Shown: piece by piece, positions 28,571 through 37,386 of the stretch
Numbering within the stretch: the stretch's first letter is position 1
How the letters are laid out: every line of letters starts with the position of its first letter
IMG/VR virus record: IMGVR_UViG_3300021962_000077
Coordinates: 1-64,000 of that record
Length of the DNA: 64,000 nt
From: a virus
Direction: 5' to 3' (one strand)
Notes under the pieces: generated by a model
Database searches by the model: none
Seen by the model: the letters and a program-made list of their open reading frames with translations, nothing else
Told to the model about the DNA's origin: nothing
Program-made: the position numbers and the translations under genes

Positions 28571-29710
28571 ATGGATTTACAACCTCATCCAGACGACCAC
28601 GAAGCTAAAATGGCTCGCGCTGACCTTTTTAAACTAGCACAGTATTCATTTAAACTGTTTAAGATGATTCACGAAGATATGGAATTAGAAGGCTGGGTGC
28701 AGGCTAAGATTACCAAAGCTGCTGATTATATTGCTTCAGTATATCACTATATGGAATACGAAATGAAGTTTAGTGAGTATGGTGAAAGATTAGAACAATC
28801 TGACATGTATTCTTCTATGAGTGAAAGTCAGCAACGTGCTATTAAGCACATGTTAAGTGAAGCAAAAGAAACTATGAAAAAGTTAAATGCTGCACAGGCT
28901 AAAAAACTTAAGAAAAAAGGTAGTAAAGTTGAAGAAGCTTCTAAACCAGATTTCTTAGACATGGATAAAGATGGTGACAAGAAAGAGCCGATGAAGAAAG
29001 CTGTCAAAGACAAGAAGGTCAAAGAAGGTTTTCCAACTGTTGATGATGCTCGTAAGCGTCATGAACAAGAAAAAGGTACTGGTAAATTTGACAAGAAAGA
29101 AACTGAAAAAGGTACACAGTATACACGCAAATCTAGTACATTCACCGACGGCGGTGATGATAGTGATGTAAAAGCAGCTAAAAAGAAAGCCAAGAAAACC
29201 GACGAAGGCGTAATGGACACAGTTAAGAAAGTTGGCAAGAAAGTTGCCGGCGCTGTTAACAAAGCAGTTGGTCATGGCAGTGATGAAGACATGATTAAAG
29301 ATCTACAACGCAAGTCAGGTGCTCCCGTTACAGGCAAAAAACCTGCACCAGTCAAAGAAGCCAGCAAAAAGAAAGCTGACAAAGACTATGACGGTGACGG
29401 CAAAGTTGAAAGCGGTAAAGACGAATACTTAGGTAGTCGTATTGCTGCTGCTAAGAAGGCCGGCAAAATGGAAGAAGCTGCTAAATGTAATCACACACCA
29501 AAAGGTAAATCTTGCCCAGTACATGGACTAAAAGAATGCGGAATGACCTATGAAAGTTCCACTGGCGATTACTCAGCTAAGAAAGCGGCCGCAGGTAAAG
29601 ACATCGGCAAGCCAGGCAAGAATTTTGCTAAGATTGAAAAGTCTGCAGGTGGTGGCGAAAAAGGCAAGCGTATTGCTGGTGCAGTTCTAGCTAAATTACG
29701 CAAAGGCTAA
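28571..29710 (+). CDS. Highly charged modular putative head/core protein
   Basis: TAAATA at 28545; Lys-rich modules separated by xxE sites; DxDxDG loops DMDKDGD and DYDGDG. Confidence 0.6.
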   Translation: MDLQPHPDDHEAKMARADLFKLAQYSFKLFKMIHEDMELEGWVQAKITKAADYIASVYHYMEYEMKFSEYGERLEQSDMYSSMSESQQRAIKHMLSEAKETMKKLNAAQAKKLKKKGSKVEEASKPDFLDMDKDGDKKEPMKKAVKDKKVKEGFPTVDDARKRHEQEKGTGKFDKKETEKGTQYTRKSSTFTDGGDDSDVKAAKKKAKKTDEGVMDTVKKVGKKVAGAVNKAVGHGSDEDMIKDLQRKSGAPVTGKKPAPVKEASKKKADKDYDGDGKVESGKDEYLGSRIAAAKKAGKMEEAAKCNHTPKGKSCPVHGLKECGMTYESSTGDYSAKKAAAGKDIGKPGKNFAKIEKSAGGGEKGKRIAGAVLAKLRKG

Positions 29711-29716
29711 TTTGTA

Positions 29717-30832
29717 ATGGACATGAAGAAAATTCTACAGGCTATGGACGGTGCTTCTACAAAGCCTGTAGAAGGTGTCAATAGCATGGCTAAATTTCTT
29801 AGTGTTGTTAAAGAAGCAGAAGTAGCAGCACCGGTTTCAACACTACCTCCAGAACAATTAGAATATAATCGTCTAAGAGCACAAGTTGATACTTTAAATT
29901 TTATGCAAAGTGATAGAGCTAACAGCAATACTTTTGTAGATCAAGATCCTCAACTAGTAGTTAAACAAAATGCCATGCGAACAAAATTAGCTCAGATGGC
30001 TGCTGCATTAAAGGCCAAAGGTATAGATGCTGCCGCTGAATACGATGCTCCAGAGCCAGGTGATCAACCTGCACAACCAGTTGACCTAGCACAAAAATAT
30101 AATAGTAAAAAACCGCCTGTGCCGACTCAAGAAAATAAAACTGGCAAAATTAAACAATATTTTGAAGCTGTTCAAACAGAAGCTCAACAAGCATTTGATC
30201 AACGTCGAGCAAAGTTCAAAGAACAAGCTCGACGAATAGCACAGCGTATGCGTGAAGATGCCAAAGTTAGTGCTATAGATCCTGCTAAGAAAACTATTAC
30301 CTATACTGATCCACAAACAGGAATTTCTACCACTGTTCCGCAGGCCATGGCCAAACCAGGAGAAGGCGGACAGGTAATGATTGATAAGAATCAAGTTGAT
30401 CAAGCGGTAGGTCAAAGCCAGCCGCCAGCAATCAAAGTTGGTGATACAATTAAAATGTTAGATACTGAGTCTAGCAGTGCAAGTGTACGTATGCACAGAG
30501 CATTGCAACGCGAAAAAGAAAAGCGTGAGTTTAGTCAACGCTATGCTGAGAAACATTTCCCCATAGGTAAGAAACCTGAGCCAATTAAAGAACCAAAGAA
30601 AGACCAAGATGTAATTGAATACGGTGATACTGCCAAAGGTCAAAAGATGTTGACTAAGGTGCAGAAACGTGCCGTAGATAGAGTAGTATCTAAAAAAGCA
30701 GAAACAGATCCTAAGTATGCTAAGAAGAACGCAGATACTGCTGACCGTGCTTGGGAAAGAATGACAGACAAGGATGTAGCGGAAGGCAACGAAGATCCTT
30801 CTTGGATAAACAATCTAAGGCTTAGAAAATAA
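29717..30832 (+). CDS. Modular putative internal head protein
   Basis: 371-aa ORF, modules separated by VKE/MRE/VIE/VAE. Confidence 0.55.
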   Translation: MDMKKILQAMDGASTKPVEGVNSMAKFLSVVKEAEVAAPVSTLPPEQLEYNRLRAQVDTLNFMQSDRANSNTFVDQDPQLVVKQNAMRTKLAQMAAALKAKGIDAAAEYDAPEPGDQPAQPVDLAQKYNSKKPPVPTQENKTGKIKQYFEAVQTEAQQAFDQRRAKFKEQARRIAQRMREDAKVSAIDPAKKTITYTDPQTGISTTVPQAMAKPGEGGQVMIDKNQVDQAVGQSQPPAIKVGDTIKMLDTESSSASVRMHRALQREKEKREFSQRYAEKHFPIGKKPEPIKEPKKDQDVIEYGDTAKGQKMLTKVQKRAVDRVVSKKAETDPKYAKKNADTADRAWERMTDKDVAEGNEDPSWINNLRLRK

Positions 30833-31269
30833 TGGATGAGCAACTAATTAAAGCAATGAAGATGGCACATGCAAATACATTTGCATTCTATCTTAAAACA
30901 CATGGATTTCACTGGAATGTTGAAGGTGAAAATTTTCCTCAGTATCATACGTTCTTCGAAATGATATACAGCGAAGTATACGGATCTGTAGATAAATTTG
31001 CAGAAGAAATTCGTGCTTTAGGTTCATATGCTCCTGCAGGGTTAGGACGACTAATGGAATTAGCCGGTATTGAAGATCAACGTGAAGTAGTCGATGCTAG
31101 AATGATGTTAGAAATACTGTATCAAGATAATCAAACAGTTTTAGAAAGTGTTGGACAAGCCTACGAACTAGCAGAAAATGCTGGAGCACATGGTCTAAGT
31201 AATTTCTTAGCCGAGCGTCAAGATGCACATAAAAAACATGCTTGGATGATTAGAGCAACATTAAAGTAA
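30832..31269 (+). CDS. dps: Dps/ferritin-like DNA protection protein
   Basis: HGFHWNVEG..F..YH..FE..Y...D.FAEEIR...KHAWM. Confidence 0.92.
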   Translation: MDEQLIKAMKMAHANTFAFYLKTHGFHWNVEGENFPQYHTFFEMIYSEVYGSVDKFAEEIRALGSYAPAGLGRLMELAGIEDQREVVDARMMLEILYQDNQTVLESVGQAYELAENAGAHGLSNFLAERQDAHKKHAWMIRATLK

Positions 31270-31271
31270 AG

Positions 31272-31362
31272 GACACACTACCTTAGGACCTTATGGTTAT
31301 TAAGTGTGGGGCGGCTGCTGCCCGTAGAAAGTGATTCGCTACATGGACTACTGAGTGAGCAA
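31272..31362 (+). ncRNA. Candidate structured RNA (unassigned)
   Basis: GC-richer intergenic stretch with stems cacact/agtgtg, gacc/ggtt, gggc/gccc, gtag/ctac and a possible pseudoknot ttcgct/agtgag. Confidence 0.5.
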
Positions 31363-31381
31363 GAATTTTAAGGATTATTAA

Positions 31382-32032
31382 ATGTCTTCAATTTATAAAG
31401 ATTTAGTCGAAAGTTTTGGATACACTCCAATTATGGAAGCTGTGTCATTAGACTCTATCATGGCAGCAGTTGGGCAAGAAAAAGACGAACAAAAACGTGC
31501 GGCCGCACTAAATGATATTGCATGGAGAGAAAATCTTCCTGGACTATATGATCCTATTAGTGGTTATTTTGTTCGTAAACAAAGTATGCCTGCGGGACGC
31601 GGTGTTCAACGATACAACATTGGTGCTACTGCTAGCCGTGGGGACGACGAGGTATTGAGTAGTAAAGGATTAATTCCAGACAATGCTAAAACTACTAGTC
31701 CGCTTGGTAAGTTAGCAAATAAGATAACTGGTAAAGATAGCGATGCATACGATCGAGATATTAGAGCTCGTAGTGCTGCTGCTCAAAATCCGCCAGCAGG
31801 ACAGGCTGCACAGCCTTCATCCGCCTCTGATCAAGCCACTGCTAGTCAAACGCAGACTAGCAATTACACAGGTACTGACCAAAGAACACCTAATGCAAGA
31901 GATGCTAACACTGCTCCGCCTAAACAAGATGATTCTAAACCAACTGCTCGAGTTACAATTCCAGGACAAGGCGGTGATATAGAAGTTAAACGTAAAAGAT
32001 ATGCAGAATTACTTGCTAAAGCTAAAGGATAA
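31382..32032 (+). CDS. Hypothetical protein (putative virion protein)
   Basis: 216-aa ORF; low-complexity A/Q/T/P C-terminal half. Confidence 0.6.
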   Translation: MSSIYKDLVESFGYTPIMEAVSLDSIMAAVGQEKDEQKRAAALNDIAWRENLPGLYDPISGYFVRKQSMPAGRGVQRYNIGATASRGDDEVLSSKGLIPDNAKTTSPLGKLANKITGKDSDAYDRDIRARSAAAQNPPAGQAAQPSSASDQATASQTQTSNYTGTDQRTPNARDANTAPPKQDDSKPTARVTIPGQGGDIEVKRKRYAELLAKAKG

Positions 32033-32035
32033 AAA

Positions 32036-32809
32036 ATGAACTTTTATAAAGACCCGCTAATAGAAAAATTAAGAATAATCGAATCTCAAATCATTGGTGA
32101 AGGTTTATCTGACGACGAATTTGTAGAGTTACAAAGGCTAAGAGCCGAACTTGGTGATGACCCAGCTTCTGCTAAACTACACTCAGAAGTAGATGCAGTA
32201 GTTAAAGCAAGAGCTGCCGACTTTGAAAAGTCTGCTGATACACCAGCTGATACACCAGCTGATACACCTGCTGATACACCAGCTGATAAACCAACTGTTG
32301 AATGGCCGAAAACTAGAGACGAAATTATTGCATTCCAACGAGCAAATAACTTACAAGCTGACGGGTTGATTGGTCAAAAGACTATGGCTGCACTAATAGC
32401 TGCCGGAGCAACTCCACCGCCAGGATTTAAACCAGTCAGTAATAAAGTTAAGCCTACTGGAAAACCTCCGGGGCAAGCTGGGCAACCAACACCTACTACA
32501 CAGGCTGGAATACCTCCAGAATTATCAAGGGCTATACCTAGTCCAAAAGAAGGTGATCAGTACTGGGTTAACGGTACAAGATATGAGTTTAGAAGCAACT
32601 ATGATGGTCGACAGTTTGGAAAACCTCAATGGACTGTTGAGCATAAACCTGGTGATTTTGCATTTAAGGCAGATACAGAATGGGCTGCAAAAAATAAATT
32701 CACAGGTACCCCGGCTCAAGCAAATGCCCAGTTTATGCAGAAAACTTACCCGAAACCACAAGCAGAATCTACTGAAATAGATAGATTAAAAGAACTACTT
32801 AAATTTTAA
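32036..32809 (+). CDS. Peptidoglycan-binding-domain protein
   Basis: IIAFQRANNLQADGLIGQKTMAAL (PG_binding_1 pattern); ADTP linker repeats. Confidence 0.75.
   Translation: MNFYKDPLIEKLRIIESQIIGEGLSDDEFVELQRLRAELGDDPASAKLHSEVDAVVKARAADFEKSADTPADTPADTPADTPADKPTVEWPKTRDEIIAFQRANNLQADGLIGQKTMAALIAAGATPPPGFKPVSNKVKPTGKPPGQAGQPTPTTQAGIPPELSRAIPSPKEGDQYWVNGTRYEFRSNYDGRQFGKPQWTVEHKPGDFAFKADTEWAAKNKFTGTPAQANAQFMQKTYPKPQAESTEIDRLKELLKF
32234..32290 (+). repeat. 12-bp tandem repeat GCTGATACACC(A/T), 4 copies plus a partial
   Basis: Encodes (ADTP)4-ADK. Confidence 0.9.
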
Positions 32810-32815
32810 TCAAAT

Positions 32816-32842
32816 AAAAAGCACCCCTGGGGTGCTTTTTTA
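32816..32842. terminator. Bidirectional intrinsic terminator
   Basis: aaaaagcaccc-ctg-gggtgctttttt between convergent genes. Confidence 0.85.
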
Positions 32843-33160
32843 TTAGTGCCAATTACCTTGAAAGCAATGACGCATCTCATGTCCTAAGGTATGCATATTT
32901 GGACGCTTGCTAGTAATGATTGTACAACTATTGCCTTCCCAAAAAGAGCAGGCTTTAATAGCAAAACCAAAACCACCGTTGTTGCGCTTGCGGCTTTCTG
33001 CATCACATACTTGTTGAACATTGTCAACTGGCATCCATTTGATATTCATCGGAGTCTTTTGAACGTCACCTGCTGGAAATGATGCCGTAGGATCATCCCA
33101 ATCTGCCGATGCTGAGCCCAATTGAGCAATCAAAAAAAGTGTAAGAACAGTTTTTTTCAT
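32843..33160 (-). CDS. Small exported protein with HExxH motif
   Basis: Signal peptide; LGHEMRHC; four Cys; own sigma70 promoter and SD gagg. Confidence 0.7.
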   Translation of the reverse strand: MKKTVLTLFLIAQLGSASADWDDPTASFPAGDVQKTPMNIKWMPVDNVQQVCDAESRKRNNGGFGFAIKACSFWEGNSCTIITSKRPNMHTLGHEMRHCFQGNWH

Positions 33161-33188
33161 GTCTACCTCTGTGTGTTAATATGCTATA

Positions 33189-33217
33189 ATTATAGCCTCA
33201 AAAGTATAGATTGTCAA
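33189..33217 (-). promoter_or_regulatory. Sigma70 promoter TTGACA-17-TATAAT (minus strand)
   Basis: tgtcaa 33212-33217 and attata 33189-33194 on the + strand. Confidence 0.75.
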
Positions 33218-33255
33218 TTATTTTGGTTAACCAAAAATTAATACTTAAATATACT

Positions 33256-33747
33256 ATGATCAAAACTTTAGACACAATCGATTCAAATTTTCTATACGAA
33301 GAATATGCCAAAATAGAACATCATATTGATTGGTTTATAACGGGACAACAAGGACGCCAAACGTGTATACAGACTAGACCAGATCAACCCTTGGGGTTAG
33401 ATGGGTGTGGTAGCGTAGATCCAAGTGTAGGTATAACATCCTATAACTGTGTTAACAGTTTGGTACAAGGTACTATTTGGCAAGAACTGATCGAAAAGTA
33501 TCAAATGTTTAGAACAAGATTTTTATGGATAAATGAAAAATCCTGTTATTCAATACACAAAGATTCTAGTCCAAGAATACATATACCAATTTTTACAAAT
33601 CCGCAGGCATTATTTTATTTTAGTAAATCAGGATTTCAATATTTGGCTCCAGATAAAATATACTGGGTAGACACTAGAAGTATGCATAGTTTTGTAAACT
33701 TTTCTGATCAAAAAAGACTGCATCTAGTTGGCTGTGTTGAAGGTTGA
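33256..33747 (+). CDS. 2OG-Fe(II) oxygenase (Asp/Asn beta-hydroxylase-like)
   Basis: YSIHKD...RIHIPI.TN...HSFVN...RLHLV; ATG 4 nt after TAAATA (33246-33251). Confidence 0.7.
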   Translation: MIKTLDTIDSNFLYEEYAKIEHHIDWFITGQQGRQTCIQTRPDQPLGLDGCGSVDPSVGITSYNCVNSLVQGTIWQELIEKYQMFRTRFLWINEKSCYSIHKDSSPRIHIPIFTNPQALFYFSKSGFQYLAPDKIYWVDTRSMHSFVNFSDQKRLHLVGCVEG

Positions 33748-33771
33748 CAAATAAAACAAATATAGTATAAT
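33744..33771 (+). promoter_or_regulatory. Sigma70 promoter TTGACA-16-TATAAT
   Basis: Consensus hexamers; SD gaggag follows. Confidence 0.7.
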
Positions 33772-33794
33772 AGGCAAATTAACGAGGAGATGTT

Positions 33795-34058
33795 ATGTCA
33801 TCAAGAATGTATGGCCCTGAAGAAAAGGCTAAATTAGAAAGATTAATTACCGAAGGTAGTACAGTACTACGTGAAATTGAAGATTTAAAAGAAGGCTTAA
33901 AAGAAACCGTTAAGGCAGTAGCAGAAGAACTTGATATCAAACCCAGTATCATCAATAAAGCAATTACCATTGCACATAAAGATAATTGGAAAGATCACGA
34001 AGACGAATGGAACGAGATTGAAATGATCTTGGGCGTAACTAAACGTCTACCAGAATAA
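33795..34058 (+). CDS. dsDNA-binding protein (T4 DsbA-like)
   Basis: 87-aa coiled coil followed by AEELDIKPSIINKAI. Confidence 0.55.
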   Translation: MSSRMYGPEEKAKLERLITEGSTVLREIEDLKEGLKETVKAVAEELDIKPSIINKAITIAHKDNWKDHEDEWNEIEMILGVTKRLPE

Positions 34059-34654
34059 TGTCTAGGCTAGTTGCATTCGGATGTTCTTATACCCAAGGGT
34101 CTTCCTTGGATGACAATTATCAATTTCCCCCTTATCCTGCAGTACCTAGTATTTTTGCGTGGCCTCAAGTTTTAGCAAATTTATTAGGTTTAGAATGTAA
34201 AAACTATGCAGTAGGTGGAAGTGGTAATTTAGAAATTTTATGGGAACTTCTAAAAAAGAATGTATCGTCAAATGATATAGTTCTTTTAGGATGGAGCCAT
34301 TTCAATAGAGAAATCATTTTTGATAAACAACAAGAATTTTCAAGAATGTTAGATAATGAAGAAACATTCAAGCGTTGGTTGTTGGCGCACCCCGAATCCG
34401 ATATTAACATAAGAAATTGGTTATATATTCATCACGCCAACAAATATTTAAAAAGCAAAAAAATAACAGCTTATAATGTTTTTTGTGCATTTGATATCGA
34501 TCCTAGTACTAAACCAAGTTGGATTGAAATAGATAATATGTTACCTTGTAATTTCCAGCCGTTAGATCGTGGGCATGACGGTTTACACCCGGGTATAAAA
34601 AGTCACGAAGATCTAGCAAATAACATATATAAATACATAACAAACGTAGGGTAA
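34058..34654 (+). CDS. SGNH-hydrolase-like protein
   Basis: FGCSYTQG, WP, NYAVGGSGN, DGLHPG..SH. Confidence 0.6.
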   Translation: MSRLVAFGCSYTQGSSLDDNYQFPPYPAVPSIFAWPQVLANLLGLECKNYAVGGSGNLEILWELLKKNVSSNDIVLLGWSHFNREIIFDKQQEFSRMLDNEETFKRWLLAHPESDINIRNWLYIHHANKYLKSKKITAYNVFCAFDIDPSTKPSWIEIDNMLPCNFQPLDRGHDGLHPGIKSHEDLANNIYKYITNVG

Positions 34655-34712
34655 GCAGGGCCATAAACCGCACAATAGGTATTTGTGAGCCAAAAATCAC
34701 ATAAGGAAAAAT
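34628..34712 (+). promoter_or_regulatory. TATAAATA promoter and tandem GCCAWAAA-loop hairpins in the DNA polymerase leader
   Basis: gcagg-gccataaa-ccgc and tgtga-gccaaaaa-tcaca directly before SD taagga. Confidence 0.6.
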
Positions 34713-37385
34713 ATGAGCTATGTAGACGCATGGTTCGATCGCGAGAACGACATTATCAAGATTGTCGAGCGTTCGAACCAAGGTAAAAGAGAATTTAGAG
34801 ACATACCTGTTAGGTATACATTTTACTACGAAGATGCACGTGGTAAATTTCAATCAATTTATGGCACGCCGTTATCAAGAGTTGTTTGCCGTAATTCAAA
34901 AGATTTCCGTAAAGAAATGGCCATACACTCTAACAAAAAGATGTATGAAGCAGACATTAATCCAATCTTTGTTTGTCTAAGTGAAAATTATTTAAATCAA
35001 GACGCACCAAAACTAAACACTGCCTTCTTTGACATTGAGGTAGACTTTGATCCAGAACGTGGGTATGCTAGCCCAGACGATGCATTCATGCCAATTACTG
35101 CTATCGCAGTTTATCTGCAATGGTTAGAAACAATGGTCTGCCTAGCTATTCCGCCTAAGGGAATGAGTATTGACACCGCCAAAGAACTAGTAAAAGATTT
35201 TCCTAACACACATATTTTTGACAACGAAGCAGATTTGTTAGACACATTTTTGAAATTAATCGAAGATGCAGATGTTATCAGTGGTTGGAACTCAGAGGGT
35301 TTTGATATTCCCTATACTACCAATCGCATTACCAAAGTACTCAGCAAAGACGATACACGCAGGATGTGCTTGTTTGGACAGTATCCTCGCAAGCGTGAAT
35401 ATGAAAAATATGGAAAACAGGCCATAACATATGATATGATTGGTCGTGTACACTTAGACTATCTTGAATTATATCGTAAGTACACATATGAAGAACGTCA
35501 CAGCTACAGACTAGATGCCATTGCCGAATATGAATTAGGTGAACGTAAAACACAATACGAAGGCACACTTGATCAACTATACAACAATGACTTTAAAAAG
35601 TTTGTTGAATATAACAGACAAGACTGTGCGCTTCTTGATCGATTAGATAAGAAACTAAAGTTCTTAGATCTTGCCAATAAACTGGCACATGAAAACACTG
35701 TACTACTACAAACAACAATGGGTGCTGTGGCTGTGACAGAACAGGCCATTATTAATGAAGCACATCGCAGAGGATTTCAAGTTCCCAATCGTACTAAAAT
35801 GGACGATCGTGAGAGCAACGAAGGTGCCGCGGGTGCCTATGTTGCTTACCCTAAAGAAGGCCTACAAGATTGGATTGGATCACTGGACATTAACAGTCTA
35901 TATCCCAGTGCTATTCGTGCGCTTAACATGGGTCCAGAGACTATTGTGGGGCAGTTACGTTCTACATACACAGATGAGTACATAACAGAACAAACTACTC
36001 TTAAAAAGAAAACGTTTGCTGCCGCGTGGGAAGGATTGTTTGGATCGCTAGAATATGAAGCTGTTATGCGGCAAGATCGCGGAGTCGATGTTACTATCGA
36101 CTGGGAATCCGGAGAAAGCGATACACTTAGTGCCGCAGAAATATACAAATTAATTTATGATAGTAATCAACCTTGGATGTTAAGTGCCAATGGAACTATT
36201 TTTACATGGGAAAGAGAAGGAATCATTCCCGGATTATTAAAACGATGGTATGCTGAACGTAAAGAGATGCAGGCCAAATTAAAGGAGAGCAAAGATGCAG
36301 GCAATGATATTGAAGAAGAGTATTGGGATAAGCGACAATTGGTTAAGAAAATTAACCTCAATTCGCTTTACGGTGCGATCCTTAACCCTGGCTGTCGCTT
36401 TTTCGATAAGCGTATTGGGCAATCTACCACTCTTACTGGGCGACAGATTGCCAAGCACATGGCTGGAAAAGTCAATGAGATCATCACTGGAGAGTTTAAT
36501 CATGTCGGCAAGGCAATCATATACGGTGACACAGATTCTTGTTATTTCTCAGCATATAAAACCTTAAAGAAAGACATAGATAGTGGACAAATACCTTGGA
36601 CTAAAGAAACTGTCGTACAACTTTATGACCAGATTGGAGAAGAAGTAAACACAACGTTCCCACAGATGATGCTAGACTCTTTTCATTGTCCAAAGAGTCG
36701 TGGTGAAGTTATCAAAGCAGGACGAGAAATCGTTGCATCAAAAGGATTGTTTATTACTAAGAAACGTTATGCCGTACTCTATTATGACAAAGAAGGCAAA
36801 CGAGCAGATGTTGACGGTAAACCTGGTAAAATCAAAGCCATGGGCTTAGATCTAAAACGCAGTGATACTCCAGAATTTATTCAAGACTTTCTAAGTGATG
36901 TATTAGAAAAAGTACTAACAGGTGCAACTGAAGAAGAAGTTTTAAATCAGATTACAGAATTCCGCACTCTATTTAAGGCTAGACCTGGCTGGGAGAAAGG
37001 ATCTCCTAAACGTGCTAATAATATTACTGAGTATCAGGCTAAAGAAGTCAAACAGGGCAAGGCCAATATGCCGGGTCACGTAAGAGCCAGTATAAATTGG
37101 AACACGCTTAAACGCATGATGGGAGACAAATATTCGATGAGTATTACAGATGGTGCTAAAGTAATCGTGTGTAAAATTAGAGATAATCCTATGGGGTTTA
37201 CTAGTGTGGCATATCCAGTAGATGAACTACGGTTACCGCAATGGTTTAAGGATCTGCCATTTAACGATGCTGAAATGGAAACTACTATCATTGATAACAA
37301 ATTAGATAATTTGATTGGCGTACTAGGTTGGGATATTAGATCAACTGAAGAAAAAAATACGTTTAATAGTTTATTCGAGTTTTAA
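34713..37385 (+). CDS. Family B DNA polymerase (T4 gp43-like)
   Basis: Exo motifs DIE, GWNSEGFD, YNRQD; pol motifs DINSLYP, KINLNSLYG, YGDTDS, KKRY. Confidence 0.96.
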   Translation: MSYVDAWFDRENDIIKIVERSNQGKREFRDIPVRYTFYYEDARGKFQSIYGTPLSRVVCRNSKDFRKEMAIHSNKKMYEADINPIFVCLSENYLNQDAPKLNTAFFDIEVDFDPERGYASPDDAFMPITAIAVYLQWLETMVCLAIPPKGMSIDTAKELVKDFPNTHIFDNEADLLDTFLKLIEDADVISGWNSEGFDIPYTTNRITKVLSKDDTRRMCLFGQYPRKREYEKYGKQAITYDMIGRVHLDYLELYRKYTYEERHSYRLDAIAEYELGERKTQYEGTLDQLYNNDFKKFVEYNRQDCALLDRLDKKLKFLDLANKLAHENTVLLQTTMGAVAVTEQAIINEAHRRGFQVPNRTKMDDRESNEGAAGAYVAYPKEGLQDWIGSLDINSLYPSAIRALNMGPETIVGQLRSTYTDEYITEQTTLKKKTFAAAWEGLFGSLEYEAVMRQDRGVDVTIDWESGESDTLSAAEIYKLIYDSNQPWMLSANGTIFTWEREGIIPGLLKRWYAERKEMQAKLKESKDAGNDIEEEYWDKRQLVKKINLNSLYGAILNPGCRFFDKRIGQSTTLTGRQIAKHMAGKVNEIITGEFNHVGKAIIYGDTDSCYFSAYKTLKKDIDSGQIPWTKETVVQLYDQIGEEVNTTFPQMMLDSFHCPKSRGEVIKAGREIVASKGLFITKKRYAVLYYDKEGKRADVDGKPGKIKAMGLDLKRSDTPEFIQDFLSDVLEKVLTGATEEEVLNQITEFRTLFKARPGWEKGSPKRANNITEYQAKEVKQGKANMPGHVRASINWNTLKRMMGDKYSMSITDGAKVIVCKIRDNPMGFTSVAYPVDELRLPQWFKDLPFNDAEMETTIIDNKLDNLIGVLGWDIRSTEEKNTFNSLFEF

Positions 37386-37386
37386 T

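Noticed and set aside
32234-32290. ADTP repeat as a contingency or phase-variation locus
   Set aside because: The 12-bp unit preserves frame and encodes a simple linker.
34713-37385. Intein or intron in the DNA polymerase
   Set aside because: 890 aa with normally spaced motifs; no splice-junction or homing endonuclease motifs.
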